A stretch of DNA of 64,000 bases, taken from IMG/VR virus record IMGVR_UViG_3300022916_000005, one strand, 5' to 3'. Below, piece after piece: positions 21,599 to 31,189 of the stretch; position 1 is the stretch's first letter, and each line of letters opens with the position of its first letter. The notes under the pieces are model-generated. The model saw only the letters and a program-made list of their open reading frames with translations. It had not been told where the DNA came from and made no database searches. This DNA is from a virus. Made by a program: the position numbers and the translations under genes.

Positions 21599-22186
21599 AT
21601 GAACTATAGATGCAATCGAGAGCAAGAAAATCTCGAAGACGTACAGGAATGTCATTCTTCTGTCATTATTGTAGAAGAGGCACGCATTATTGGGATGTAT
21701 GGCGATATTGATTTTGAAAAGACGGCAGAAGTTATTCACGCCCTTGACCATTTTGGAATGGACGAAGATAATAAACAACCTGTTAGGTTTAACATTTCAA
21801 CTCCAGGTGGAGATCTTGTAAATGCTCTTGCGATTTATGACGCAATGATGGAACTAAGATCGAAAGGTGTTGAGATTCATACTAAAGGAGTGGGAGAAGT
21901 GTCTTCGGCAGGGGTTTGTTTAATAGCTGCTGGATCAAAGAGAGTGATGGGTCCAAATTGTCGCTTAATGATCCACGGTCTTTATTCTACTTTTAACGGA
22001 ACAATTGCAGAAATTGAAGACGAGATCAGAGAAACAAAGATCAGAGAAAAACAATATATTAAGATTCTAAAAGATCATAGCGAACTAACCGAAGAACAAT
22101 ATCAGCACTTTATTGATTCTGGCAAGAATGTGTTCATTTCTGCAGAATCTGCTTTAAAGTTCGGTTTAATTGACGAAATTCTATAA
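21599..22186 (+). CDS. ClpP-like protease subunit
   Basis: ISTPGG, AIYD, G.VSSAG, R.MIH, SAE.AL.FGLIDEI. Confidence 0.85.
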   Translation: MNYRCNREQENLEDVQECHSSVIIVEEARIIGMYGDIDFEKTAEVIHALDHFGMDEDNKQPVRFNISTPGGDLVNALAIYDAMMELRSKGVEIHTKGVGEVSSAGVCLIAAGSKRVMGPNCRLMIHGLYSTFNGTIAEIEDEIRETKIREKQYIKILKDHSELTEEQYQHFIDSGKNVFISAESALKFGLIDEIL

Positions 22187-22206
22187 AACAACAACAAGAG
22201 GAAGAA

Positions 22207-23766
22207 ATGAAACTATATTCAAGAGAAGAAGAGTTAAAGGCATCCTTGATTAAGGGTGCAGAACAAATTGCAAGCATTGTATCAAGCACTTTGGGTCCAA
22301 ATGGTTGTCCTGTCATTTTAAAAGCAAAGGGAGAAAAACCTTTAATTACGAAAGATGGAGTAACTGTTGCAAGATTTACAACATACGAAGACCCTTTTGA
22401 GAATGTCGCTGCATCAATCATCAAACAAGCATCAGAAGAAACAAATACCACTTGTGGAGATGGAACAACAACTACAACAATCTTGGCTAGTGCTATCTTT
22501 AAAGAGTCACAAAAATATATCTCTCTTGGTATTTCTCCTTACAAGTTAAAGAGGGAGATTGATGTAGTTGTAGAAAAGATCGTTACTCAAATTGCAGAAC
22601 TTGCAAAACCAATTGGTTCATTAAAAGAGATTCGAGATATTGCAAGGATTTCTGCAAACAACGATTCAAAGATTGGAGATCTTGTTGCAGATGCTATCGA
22701 TCAGATCGGTAGAGATGGAGCAATCACTATTGAAGAGGCCAGATCATTAGAGACAACGCTAGAGATTGCTGAAGGGTATAGATTCGATTCAGGATATGTT
22801 GCAAAAGATTTTATTACAGACACAAAGAATGGCTTGGCAAAGTTAGACAATCCTTACATTCTTGTCACTGATGAATCAATTGACAACATCAAATCAATTG
22901 CAAAGATTTTAGAGACTGTTGCAAGAGATGAATCGTCAATTGTTCTTATTGCAAACGATTTTGGGAAAGAAGTGTTGTCAACATTATTGATTAACCATAT
23001 TCGAGGAACAATCAAGAATGTAGCAATTAAGGCTCCAAGATACGGAGAAGAAAGAAGAGCAATTCTAGAAGATATTGCATTGGCAACTGGTTCAACGTTT
23101 ATTAACAAATTGGCAGGACTTAAAGTATCTGCCGTAGAGTTGAAGGATCTTGGAAGGGCAAAATCTATTGAGATTTCAAGTACAGAAACGATCATTGCCG
23201 AAGCTAATGGAGAACAAGGAAAGATCGAAGAACAGGTAGAGAAGTTAAAGTCATTGATTAAGCAGACAAATAATATGAAGGAAGCAGAGCGGATTCAAGA
23301 CAGAATTAATCAATTGTCTGCTGCTGTTGGGATCATCAAGGTAGGTGGTAGAACTGAAGTAGAAGTGACAGAGAAGAAATTTAGAATTGAAGATGCCTTA
23401 GAAGCTGCAAAATCTGCCATCGAAGAAGGAATTGTCCCTGGTGGTGGTACAACATATTTAAGAGCGATTTTAGACATTAATGACCATTCCGATGTAGAGT
23501 ATGGATACAAAATTGTTTACAATGCAGTAATGGAACCGCTGAAGATCATGGCTGCAAGAACAAAAGACACATCAGAAAGACAAATTTTTAACAAGTTGAC
23601 CAACGATGACACGAGCGGATATGACTTTGCAAATGAAGAATTTGTAGATGACATGTTTGAAATTGGAATTGTGGATCCTGCAAAAGTATTGAAATATGCA
23701 TTAAGAAATGCAGCAAGTGCAGCAACTACATTACTCATTACAAATCATGCCGCGATAGAAGAATAA
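22207..23766 (+). CDS. groEL: Phage-encoded GroEL-like chaperonin
   Basis: TLGP.G, ITKDGVTVA, GDGTTT, FDSGY, KAP..GE.R, EEGIVPGGG, GIVDP.KV. Confidence 0.93.
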   Translation: MKLYSREEELKASLIKGAEQIASIVSSTLGPNGCPVILKAKGEKPLITKDGVTVARFTTYEDPFENVAASIIKQASEETNTTCGDGTTTTTILASAIFKESQKYISLGISPYKLKREIDVVVEKIVTQIAELAKPIGSLKEIRDIARISANNDSKIGDLVADAIDQIGRDGAITIEEARSLETTLEIAEGYRFDSGYVAKDFITDTKNGLAKLDNPYILVTDESIDNIKSIAKILETVARDESSIVLIANDFGKEVLSTLLINHIRGTIKNVAIKAPRYGEERRAILEDIALATGSTFINKLAGLKVSAVELKDLGRAKSIEISSTETIIAEANGEQGKIEEQVEKLKSLIKQTNNMKEAERIQDRINQLSAAVGIIKVGGRTEVEVTEKKFRIEDALEAAKSAIEEGIVPGGGTTYLRAILDINDHSDVEYGYKIVYNAVMEPLKIMAARTKDTSERQIFNKLTNDDTSGYDFANEEFVDDMFEIGIVDPAKVLKYALRNAASAATTLLITNHAAIEE

Positions 23767-23807
23767 TTAATATAACTATATAGTATATAACTGAAGGGTA
23801 AAGATGT

Positions 23808-24992
23808 ATGGCAAATATTGAAGAAATGATAAAAAATATAATGAATGCTGCCGAGGTGTTTGACAGGATCCCAATTACATTAGGGAAACCAATGTTAAAA
23901 GAAGAATATAGAGATGTTCAAGGGAAATCTGAAAAGTCTGGAGGAGATCTTGGTATTCGTTTACCCGTTATTGGATGGTCAGAGGCAAGGTTGGGAACTC
24001 TTGGGACAAAAGAAAGGGATGTCTTTAAGAAGTACCTTGATAACATTGGAAAAGGTGGAGATTCTGCAAAAGAGATCATCAAGAATAAGTTCAATGCTTT
24101 AAATAAGTTTGTTCAAAGAGGACCAATTCCAGGGGCCAGTGCTGGAGAAAAGTTATCACACTTGTTGTTCATTGATTTATTTATGACATTATTGAATGAA
24201 TTTAGTGCTGGTGCATCTGGCATGTTGACAGAAGCTTTTGTTGCTGCCATGATTGACGGGATTCAAAAGGCAGGTAGAACAATTGTTGATATTGTCGGAC
24301 CAAATGGGGAACCCTTGTCATTAAAAGTAATTGAACCAAAGACTCCAATTAGAGGTAGTGCAGCAAACTTGTCAGTTGGAATTCTCGCAAGTGGGAAGGG
24401 AAGTATTGATTACCTCATCTTCGAGAAATCAGGAACACAAGGAAATATCAACGCAATTGAAGCATATTATCTTCCAATTACAAGAGAAAACTTTTTAAGA
24501 ACAACAACCGCAAAGGTGAATCAAAAGTATATCAATTTGACAAGTGAAAAGTTGTTTGCAGAAATTGAGAGGTTTGTTGATCAGAATGTTACGCCCGAGG
24601 ATAGTGATGACGAGATTGACAGAGATGTATCACGACCTCCAAGACAGGAAAGATTGTTACAAGAGGGATATGAAGAAAAGATTGGCAGAAGTATTGCCAA
24701 AGAGTTTTTTGTAAAGTCTCAATTGCTGATCAAGAAAGCAGAAGTAAAGAGAAATTTACCGTTTGCTGTTCTTAACCTCGGAGAAAAAGAAGAATATTTA
24801 AATAACATCCAATCATATACTGCCTCAATCGAGAAAGATGTTAAAACAATTTATGATGGAGTATATTGGTTAGGAGTTTATATCAGCAGATACTTCATTG
24901 ACAACAAAACAGAAGCAGTGAACGAAGCCTCAAAAGAATTAGACAAGCTAAAAGATGCTGTTGACTCCGTTGTTCAAGGTACGGTAGAATAA
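23808..24992 (+). CDS. Hypothetical protein (possible late/virion protein)
   Basis: 394-aa ORF with an ACTATATA motif upstream. Confidence 0.6.
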   Translation: MANIEEMIKNIMNAAEVFDRIPITLGKPMLKEEYRDVQGKSEKSGGDLGIRLPVIGWSEARLGTLGTKERDVFKKYLDNIGKGGDSAKEIIKNKFNALNKFVQRGPIPGASAGEKLSHLLFIDLFMTLLNEFSAGASGMLTEAFVAAMIDGIQKAGRTIVDIVGPNGEPLSLKVIEPKTPIRGSAANLSVGILASGKGSIDYLIFEKSGTQGNINAIEAYYLPITRENFLRTTTAKVNQKYINLTSEKLFAEIERFVDQNVTPEDSDDEIDRDVSRPPRQERLLQEGYEEKIGRSIAKEFFVKSQLLIKKAEVKRNLPFAVLNLGEKEEYLNNIQSYTASIEKDVKTIYDGVYWLGVYISRYFIDNKTEAVNEASKELDKLKDAVDSVVQGTVE

Positions 24993-25057
24993 AAGTCCTT
25001 GACAATCCCCTCCATTCGTATTATAATATGACATAACTTGATATAGGTAGGTCCAAA

Positions 25058-25312
25058 ATGATTCAATTCCTTCTCGCTTGTTTGGGTCTTTTTCTGATCA
25101 TATTCCTCATTTTGGTAAGTCGTTATTATGAGGAAAAATTGGAGGAAGAAGTCCATAAAACAAGATGCCCAAAATGTGGTGGAATGTGGAAGATACACAA
25201 CTGGTTTCGCGGTATGGTGGTTCTTTCTTGCCCCAAATATCACGAGTTAAACCATGTCAGCCTTTCCTCATTTGAACAATTTGAAAAATATTGCAACAAC
25301 AAGGAAGGATAA
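25058..25312 (+). CDS. Membrane-anchored Zn-ribbon protein (paralog of 28117)
   Basis: N-terminal TM, CPKC...CPK; promoter at 24999-25027. Confidence 0.6.
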   Translation: MIQFLLACLGLFLIIFLILVSRYYEEKLEEEVHKTRCPKCGGMWKIHNWFRGMVVLSCPKYHELNHVSLSSFEQFEKYCNNKEG

Positions 25313-25830
25313 TGATCAAGCCATATCAAATTTGGGCAGATGGCACCGTCATTTATAATCGCGATCACTATACTCCAAGACCTGATGGTTGTGCCATTAG
25401 TATCCCAGAGAAGATAATCATTTGGTATCAAAATAACAAGTATCACCGCACTGATGGTCCTGCCATTGAATATGCCAATGGTGGCAAAGAATGGTATCAA
25501 AATAACAAGCGTCACCGCTTTGACGGCCCTGCCATTGAATTTGCCAATGGCGACAAATCTTGGTACATTGATGGCAAGTGTCACCGCATTGACGGCCCTG
25601 CCATTGAATATGCCAATGGTACCAAATTTTGGTTTCAAAATGGCAAATATCACCGCATTGACGGCCCTGCCATTGAATATGCCAATGGTGACAAATTTTG
25701 GTATCAAAATGGCAAACATCACCACATTGACGGCCCTGCCGTTGAATATGCCAATGGTACCAAATTTTGGTATATTGATGGTGTCGAATATTCCGAGCAT
25801 GACTATAAAATTGAGATGAGCAACAAATGA
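25312..25830 (+). CDS. MORN-like HRxDGPA repeat protein, class I (5 repeats)
   Basis: 23-aa/69-bp repeats; [16 protein letters not shown]-cap. Confidence 0.85.
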   Translation: MIKPYQIWADGTVIYNRDHYTPRPDGCAISIPEKIIIWYQNNKYHRTDGPAIEYANGGKEWYQNNKRHRFDGPAIEFANGDKSWYIDGKCHRIDGPAIEYANGTKFWFQNGKYHRIDGPAIEYANGDKFWYQNGKHHHIDGPAVEYANGTKFWYIDGVEYSEHDYKIEMSNK

Positions 25831-26450
25831 AAAATAAAAATAAAAATAACAGCAGCAGTAACAATCATTTAGATCGAATTAATGCACTTCTTATTGATAA
25901 GCTTGAATATCTTGATGACAAAACAAAAGAAGTATTGACATCTTTTGAGAATCATGTTACAAATAGAGGGAGCTTAACGATGAATCAAGAAAAATGGTTC
26001 ATCAAGATGGAAGAAGAATATAGTGATGAGAATATCGCTATTATGGATGAATGGGAATATGGAGACGAAGAAAAAGAAAACGCTACAATTGCTGCACATT
26101 ACAATTCTGCGGGAAGATGGCACACAGATCTGTCAGCTAAGATTCTGATCGATTATGTTCCAACATACACGGAATATAGAAGCTTGACAGAGAATTCTTA
26201 TGCCAAGAAAGTAATTGAAGAAACAAAGAAGACTCCTAGATTTGCAGTTGGTAATTTGGTTCAAGCAAGGGCAACAGCAAGCTTGGGATATAAAAATAAA
26301 CCAGGGATGATTGTAAAGATAGTTAATGATCCTATTCTTGTTTCTGCTCGTGGAGCAAAAGAATATATGGTAAAGTTTTATCATGGCCCTCTTTTGACAG
26401 TTCAAGAGAGGTGGCTAAAATTTCAAAAGGGAGAAAAGAAGGGGAAATAA
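25827..26450 (+). CDS. Hypothetical protein with a C-terminal KOW/SH3-like segment
   Basis: PRFAVGNLV...G.K.Y.V. Confidence 0.6.
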   Translation: MKNKNKNNSSSNNHLDRINALLIDKLEYLDDKTKEVLTSFENHVTNRGSLTMNQEKWFIKMEEEYSDENIAIMDEWEYGDEEKENATIAAHYNSAGRWHTDLSAKILIDYVPTYTEYRSLTENSYAKKVIEETKKTPRFAVGNLVQARATASLGYKNKPGMIVKIVNDPILVSARGAKEYMVKFYHGPLLTVQERWLKFQKGEKKGK

Positions 26451-26672
26451 ATGAATTTAATAACAATACAAGAAGAAGAAAATCCACCAGAAACAGTGTA
26501 TCTGCCAGCGAACACATTGGTTCTAAATAAGGACAATAGCCTTGAATTTTATACAGAAGGGGAACCACAAACGGCAATTATGATCAATTGGATGGAAAAT
26601 TATAGAAAGTGTTTGGTAATGATAAAACACAACAGATTAGTTTACGTAGACAAAAATAAAATATATAAATAA
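26451..26672 (+). CDS. Hypothetical protein
   Basis: Coupled ORF. Confidence 0.5.
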   Translation: MNLITIQEEENPPETVYLPANTLVLNKDNSLEFYTEGEPQTAIMINWMENYRKCLVMIKHNRLVYVDKNKIYK

Positions 26673-26684
26673 AAAGGAGATATA

Positions 26685-26951
26685 ATGGTCAATTTAACAA
26701 GAGTAGTAAAAATTACAACGTACGATTGTTCTGGAGAAAGTTGCTATAGATTAAGCTCGATTGATGTGAACCCGAAAAATGTAGAAACAATTGAAGAAGA
26801 TGTGTCGATGACTAATCTTCATAGTAAAACTCCGATTAGTAAAGAGATTGATAAGTATGCAAGGTTTACCAAAATTGCATTAACAAGCGGAAAAGAAATC
26901 ACAGTAATCGGGGAAAATGGCAAAATTTTAAGCAAAATCAAACTAGGATAA
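26685..26951 (+). CDS. FlbD-family-like small protein
   Basis: MV.LTR...VNP..VETIEE...T.I.L.SG....V pattern. Confidence 0.5.
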   Translation: MVNLTRVVKITTYDCSGESCYRLSSIDVNPKNVETIEEDVSMTNLHSKTPISKEIDKYARFTKIALTSGKEITVIGENGKILSKIKLG

Positions 26952-26958
26952 TCAAAAG

Positions 26959-27369
26959 ATGAAATGGTATCAGATCTTCTCAGATGGAACCGTTATTTAT
27001 GATGATGATTTAAAACAGGATACGATATACCCTGACGGTTGTTCCATTGAAATTCCAACAAAATCTTTGAGATGGTTTAAGAACAACAAGCTTCATCGAG
27101 ATGGTGGTCCTGCCGCCGTTTATACCGATGGTACCAAACATTGGTTTCAAAATGGCAAACATCACCGCATTGACGGCCCTGCCATTGAACGTGCCAATGG
27201 TGACAAATTTTGGTATCAAAATGGCAAACATCACCGCATTGACGGCCCTGCCTGTGAATATGCCAATGGTGGCAAATATTGGTACATCGAAGGGATCAAA
27301 TACACAAAGGAAGGACATCAAATTGTTGTCGATTCAATGACAAAGGAGAATGAGAATGAAAACACCTGA
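26959..27369 (+). CDS. MORN-like HRxDGPA repeat protein, class I divergent (3 repeats)
   Basis: YQIFSDGTVIY N-cap and repeats. Confidence 0.85.
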   Translation: MKWYQIFSDGTVIYDDDLKQDTIYPDGCSIEIPTKSLRWFKNNKLHRDGGPAAVYTDGTKHWFQNGKHHRIDGPAIERANGDKFWYQNGKHHRIDGPACEYANGGKYWYIEGIKYTKEGHQIVVDSMTKENENENT

Positions 27370-27565
27370 TTACAGTACGTATATTGTTTTTGCAGATGGT
27401 GTAGTTGTTTTCCCTAGAAATTGTAGTTCACTTTCTAGGATCAATCCTTCTTCGTGGAATATTGTCAATTCAAAGTACGAAGTGTTTATTTATTGTGTAG
27501 ATGGGAAGACAGTGACAAAAAAGGTGTGGATAAAGTCTAACCTTTCTTGTGATGAAGAAACGTAA
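27350..27565 (+). CDS. Hypothetical protein, possible repeat-less relative of the class I family
   Basis: YIVFADGVVVF and YCVDGK resemble the class I caps. Confidence 0.4.
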   Translation: MRMKTPDYSTYIVFADGVVVFPRNCSSLSRINPSSWNIVNSKYEVFIYCVDGKTVTKKVWIKSNLSCDEET

Positions 27566-27621
27566 TTCAAAACTATTTATATCGTATGAATAAGCATTCA
27601 AAATAAGGATGAACATGCGAT

Positions 27622-27882
27622 ATGAACGAACATGACTTTGATGAAAAAGAATTATATGAATGGATTGGTTCTGTAAAAGAATCTTTGTCAACATTAAAAG
27701 AAAATTCATTAGATGTAAAAGATCAGATAACAAAGTTGGCAACCAGTGTCAGCGTATTGTGTACCAAACATGCTACTTTAGAAAATGACGTTAAGAACAA
27801 GGCAAGATTTTGGGGAGCGATTGCTTCGGGTGTTGTAAGTGTTGGAATGGGTCTCATTTTCGTCCTAATAAAAATCGTATAA
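27622..27882 (+). CDS. Coiled-coil protein with a C-terminal TM helix (holin/XhlA-like topology)
   Basis: Heptad region followed by FWGAIASGVVSVGMGLIFVLI; ACTATTTA upstream. Confidence 0.5.
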   Translation: MNEHDFDEKELYEWIGSVKESLSTLKENSLDVKDQITKLATSVSVLCTKHATLENDVKNKARFWGAIASGVVSVGMGLIFVLIKIV

Positions 27883-28116
27883 AAACAGCAGCATAAGGAG
27901 TATAACGATATGGATATATTATTCATTATTGTATTTATTATTGCATTGACACATATAGAACAAGAACGAAATAACAACAAATATAAAGAAGAATGTAAAA
28001 CATCAAGAGCGGCAAGATTACTTAACAGACACTACCCAGATCGTCAATAGAACTACCTTGACAACCCTTTCAGTTTGAGATATAATAAGACATAAATTGA
28101 TACAGGTAGGTCTAAA

Positions 28117-28359
28117 ATGTTAGGTTATTTTCTTATTGGTTTGATTATCTTTTCGTTAATTTATGCAATTTGGGGAGAAATCGATCTAAATAAAAGAATT
28201 GAAGAATGCAAATGTCCAGAATGTAACGTAAACTTTATGATCTTTGCAAAAATTCATAGTGTTGCGTTTGTGCAGTGTCCAAAGTGTGGATTGCATAATC
28301 AGTATGTTAGTAGGTATACCATCAAAGATTTTGAAAAGCGTTACAACAATGGCATTTAA
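28117..28359 (+). CDS. Membrane-anchored Zn-ribbon protein (paralog of 25058)
   Basis: TM, CPEC...CPKC; promoter at 28058-28086. Confidence 0.6.
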   Translation: MLGYFLIGLIIFSLIYAIWGEIDLNKRIEECKCPECNVNFMIFAKIHSVAFVQCPKCGLHNQYVSRYTIKDFEKRYNNGI

Positions 28360-28756
28360 TTCTTACCAAATATGGGCAGATGGCACCGTCATTTATGATG
28401 GCGATTATGATACTCCAAAGCCTGACGGTTGTGCCATTGGTATCCCAGACAAGGCAATTGCTTGGTATCAAAATAACAAGTATCACCGCATTGACGGCCC
28501 TGCCGTTGAATGTGCCAGTGGTGACAAATTTTGGTATCAAAATGGCGAGTATCACCGCATTGACGGCCCTGCCATTGAATATATCAATGGTACCAAATAT
28601 TGGTTTCAAAATGGCAAACATCACCGCATTGACGGCCCTGCCCGCGAATATGCCAATGGTGAAAAATATTGGTACATTGAAGGTGTCTGTTATTTCGAGC
28701 ACAAATACAACATCAAGATGAAAACTTATCACAATGAAAAAGAAAAAGAAGCATAA
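28349..28756 (+). CDS. MORN-like HRxDGPA repeat protein, class I (3 repeats)
   Basis: Repeats and class I N-cap. Confidence 0.85.
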   Translation: MAFNSYQIWADGTVIYDGDYDTPKPDGCAIGIPDKAIAWYQNNKYHRIDGPAVECASGDKFWYQNGEYHRIDGPAIEYINGTKYWFQNGKHHRIDGPAREYANGEKYWYIEGVCYFEHKYNIKMKTYHNEKEKEA

Positions 28757-28913
28757 CCCATACAACGTCTTGAAAGGGAAGATTAGAGAGGATCACTTCA
28801 AAGATGGTGGAACTTTGGCAGAATGGCGAGGAAAAGCAGCAACATTCCCAGATAAAAAGAAAAAGGAGAGTAAAAACAAATGCAGAGGAAAATTACGTAT
28901 TCCTTCAAAATAG
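28734..28913 (+). CDS. Small very basic protein (59 aa)
   Basis: Open frame MKKKKK...WRGK...DKKKK..K.KCRGK. Confidence 0.45.
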   Translation: MKKKKKHNPYNVLKGKIREDHFKDGGTLAEWRGKAATFPDKKKKESKNKCRGKLRIPSK

Positions 28914-29772
28914 GTGACATCATCTTTGACCAACTTAGTGGATGTCATCTTGTCGTGGTCAAAAAAGATGAATATGGAAATTTTATCCTACAGTCATTAA
29001 CGACAAAATATAGATTACCGATGCCTCCTACAGATTGGTTTGATGAATTCATTCTTATTTTTGAGACAAAAGATGAAGAATAAAAAAGTCAGTCACTACA
29101 ATCTACATGACATCATTTGGGATGATTATCTTGGTGGATATTACTTCGTTGTCAAAATGATTAATAAAAATGCTATACTTGGAGAAAGAATTTCAAACAG
29201 ATTAGATGAGGGTGATAATCAAATATCTGTCCTTCTTAGCGAATGGCTTGAGGAATTTACATTAATATCGAGGATCCCAAAATGAAATTTCCAAGATTAC
29301 AAAAAGATGATATTATTCTATGGTATAACGTTAATAAAAGCTTTCACAAAACGTATCTTGTCAATACTATATGTGTGGTTTCTTCCGTTTGTGGTGAGGA
29401 ACAGTATGAGACAAACAGAGGAGGGACTCTTTATCGCAGAGATCTGATCGATTATGTAAACTTAACAAACCAAAAAACAAATTGGCGCATTTTGTTTATC
29501 TTTTCAAAAGAGAAGGGGATCGTTTGGCAAAGCGATTGGAGAGTAACATGAATACTGATGAAGTAGCGACCCTTTTTTGTGAAGAAGGAGACATCCTTAG
29601 ATATTCGTATTTAAATGGCGAGACCTATTATTGCTATATAACTTCTGTCAAAGATGGCTATGCAAGAGGAATTCGTTGTGGTGGTAGAGTTGGTGGACCT
29701 TACATGTTTTATGAGAATTGTATTTCGATTGGTAAATGGAAATTGGTGGCAAGATTGTCTGATGGAGAATAA
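28880..29772 (+). other. Cluster of small KVGD-family ORFs (28880-29083, 29073-29285, 29282-29551, 29548-29772)
   Basis: FKIGDII / LHDIIWD / KDDII / EGDIL starts. Confidence 0.55.
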
Positions 29773-30116
29773 GATGTATCATTCCGTTATTCTAAAAAAG
29801 TACAAACACTTGAGACAAAAAGTAAGACAGAATATTCACAAATATGTTCCAAAGAAGTATCATAAACATATTCAGTATTTGATCAATAAGAAGATTCTAT
29901 AACAACAAAAGGAGGTAACAAGCATGAAGCGATTTATGATTCCAAGAATTGCAAACTGTTGCAACGGTTCTATAATTTGGGCTGGCATCCCATCAACTGC
30001 CAAATTCTTCCATTGACCATCCGTTCAGAATGGGTTATAATCTACCTATGAAAGACAAAAAAGTACACATTTAAAGATGTTGCTTAGTAAAACTGATTGG
30101 AGAATCTTGGTCAAAT

Positions 30117-30374
30117 ATGAAAACTGATTACAAAATGAAGTTCAAAGATGTGGCAATTGGTGATATCTTTTATACCAAGTTTTTTGGACCTTTTTTTATT
30201 GTAGAAGTTATCAAACAAGAGAGAGGATATTATAAAAATAAATATGTCATTCGCACTCCAAAAGGGATTGATTACGCATATGCCAATGATGACGAAAGGG
30301 TAAATTGGTTTAAGATTAAGACATCAGACTACTATGCAAAAGTGAAATCTGACAAAGAACAGGATACGAAATAA
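30117..30374 (+). CDS. Small KVGD-family hypothetical protein
   Basis: VAIGDIF. Confidence 0.55.
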   Translation: MKTDYKMKFKDVAIGDIFYTKFFGPFFIVEVIKQERGYYKNKYVIRTPKGIDYAYANDDERVNWFKIKTSDYYAKVKSDKEQDTK

Positions 30375-30375
30375 A

Positions 30376-30678
30376 ATGTCATCATTTATTCCAAAAAAAC
30401 ATTCAATTCTTAAGATCCAAGATTCTCTTTTTCACAACCCATCCACGCATAGTCTTATCTTTGTTCTTGAACGTTATGAGGATGGATTATGCAAAAGACA
30501 AAATTGTGAAACTCCATGTAATCGAAACGTGTCTCCTTTAGAAAGTGATGACCCTATTACTATTGTCTATATAATGTCTGGGAAGGATAAGGGTACTACA
30601 AAATGTTGGTCATCTTATGCCTTCAATCATGTAGAGAAAGTTACAACTATTTTTGAGATAGATCAAGATGAAGTATAA
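30376..30678 (+). CDS. Hypothetical Cys-containing protein
   Basis: ORF. Confidence 0.5.
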   Translation: MSSFIPKKHSILKIQDSLFHNPSTHSLIFVLERYEDGLCKRQNCETPCNRNVSPLESDDPITIVYIMSGKDKGTTKCWSSYAFNHVEKVTTIFEIDQDEV

Positions 30679-31189
30679 AGACATCAAGGTAGGAGATATA
30701 TTTCGTGTCATTAATAATGATAAGACTTTTTCTACGACTCCTTTTCTAATTAATTTTGTCATGGAGACTTCGGCACCTTATTTCGAAATTGGATACATAT
30801 TGGTTGGTTCTCATCTTGGCAGATTAAGTCTTAATAAAGAAGATGGTGTACGGTGGCACAGAGTTGCAACATCATATGACAGAGAGAGGAATAGGATGAG
30901 TCGTAGTGTAAAAAAGAATGCCGTTCATTCTTTTACAACTAGAGGTTCGAGAGCAGGAGCACAAAAAAAGTGGAAAAAGGGAAATAACAAGAAAAGTAGG
31001 CGTGATGTAAATGAAATCACCAAACTTGTTTCTTTGTTGACGGAAGAGGGAATCGACGAAGTTGAAGATAAACTTGATCTGCCATTGACAAGAAAGAAAA
31101 AGACTGGAGACATTTGGGATTCTCCTTGTGATGGAAAGACACGAGTATATCAAGATGAAGATTATTACGAAGAGGCACTAAGAAAGTGA
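30668..31189 (+). CDS. Hypothetical protein; apparently a KVGD ORF in frame with a basic 'MSRSVKK..W..DGK' protein (internal start ~30896)
   Basis: Internal AGGA RBS plus ATG, and a composition shift. Confidence 0.5.
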   Translation: MKYKDIKVGDIFRVINNDKTFSTTPFLINFVMETSAPYFEIGYILVGSHLGRLSLNKEDGVRWHRVATSYDRERNRMSRSVKKNAVHSFTTRGSRAGAQKKWKKGNNKKSRRDVNEITKLVSLLTEEGIDEVEDKLDLPLTRKKKTGDIWDSPCDGKTRVYQDEDYYEEALRK

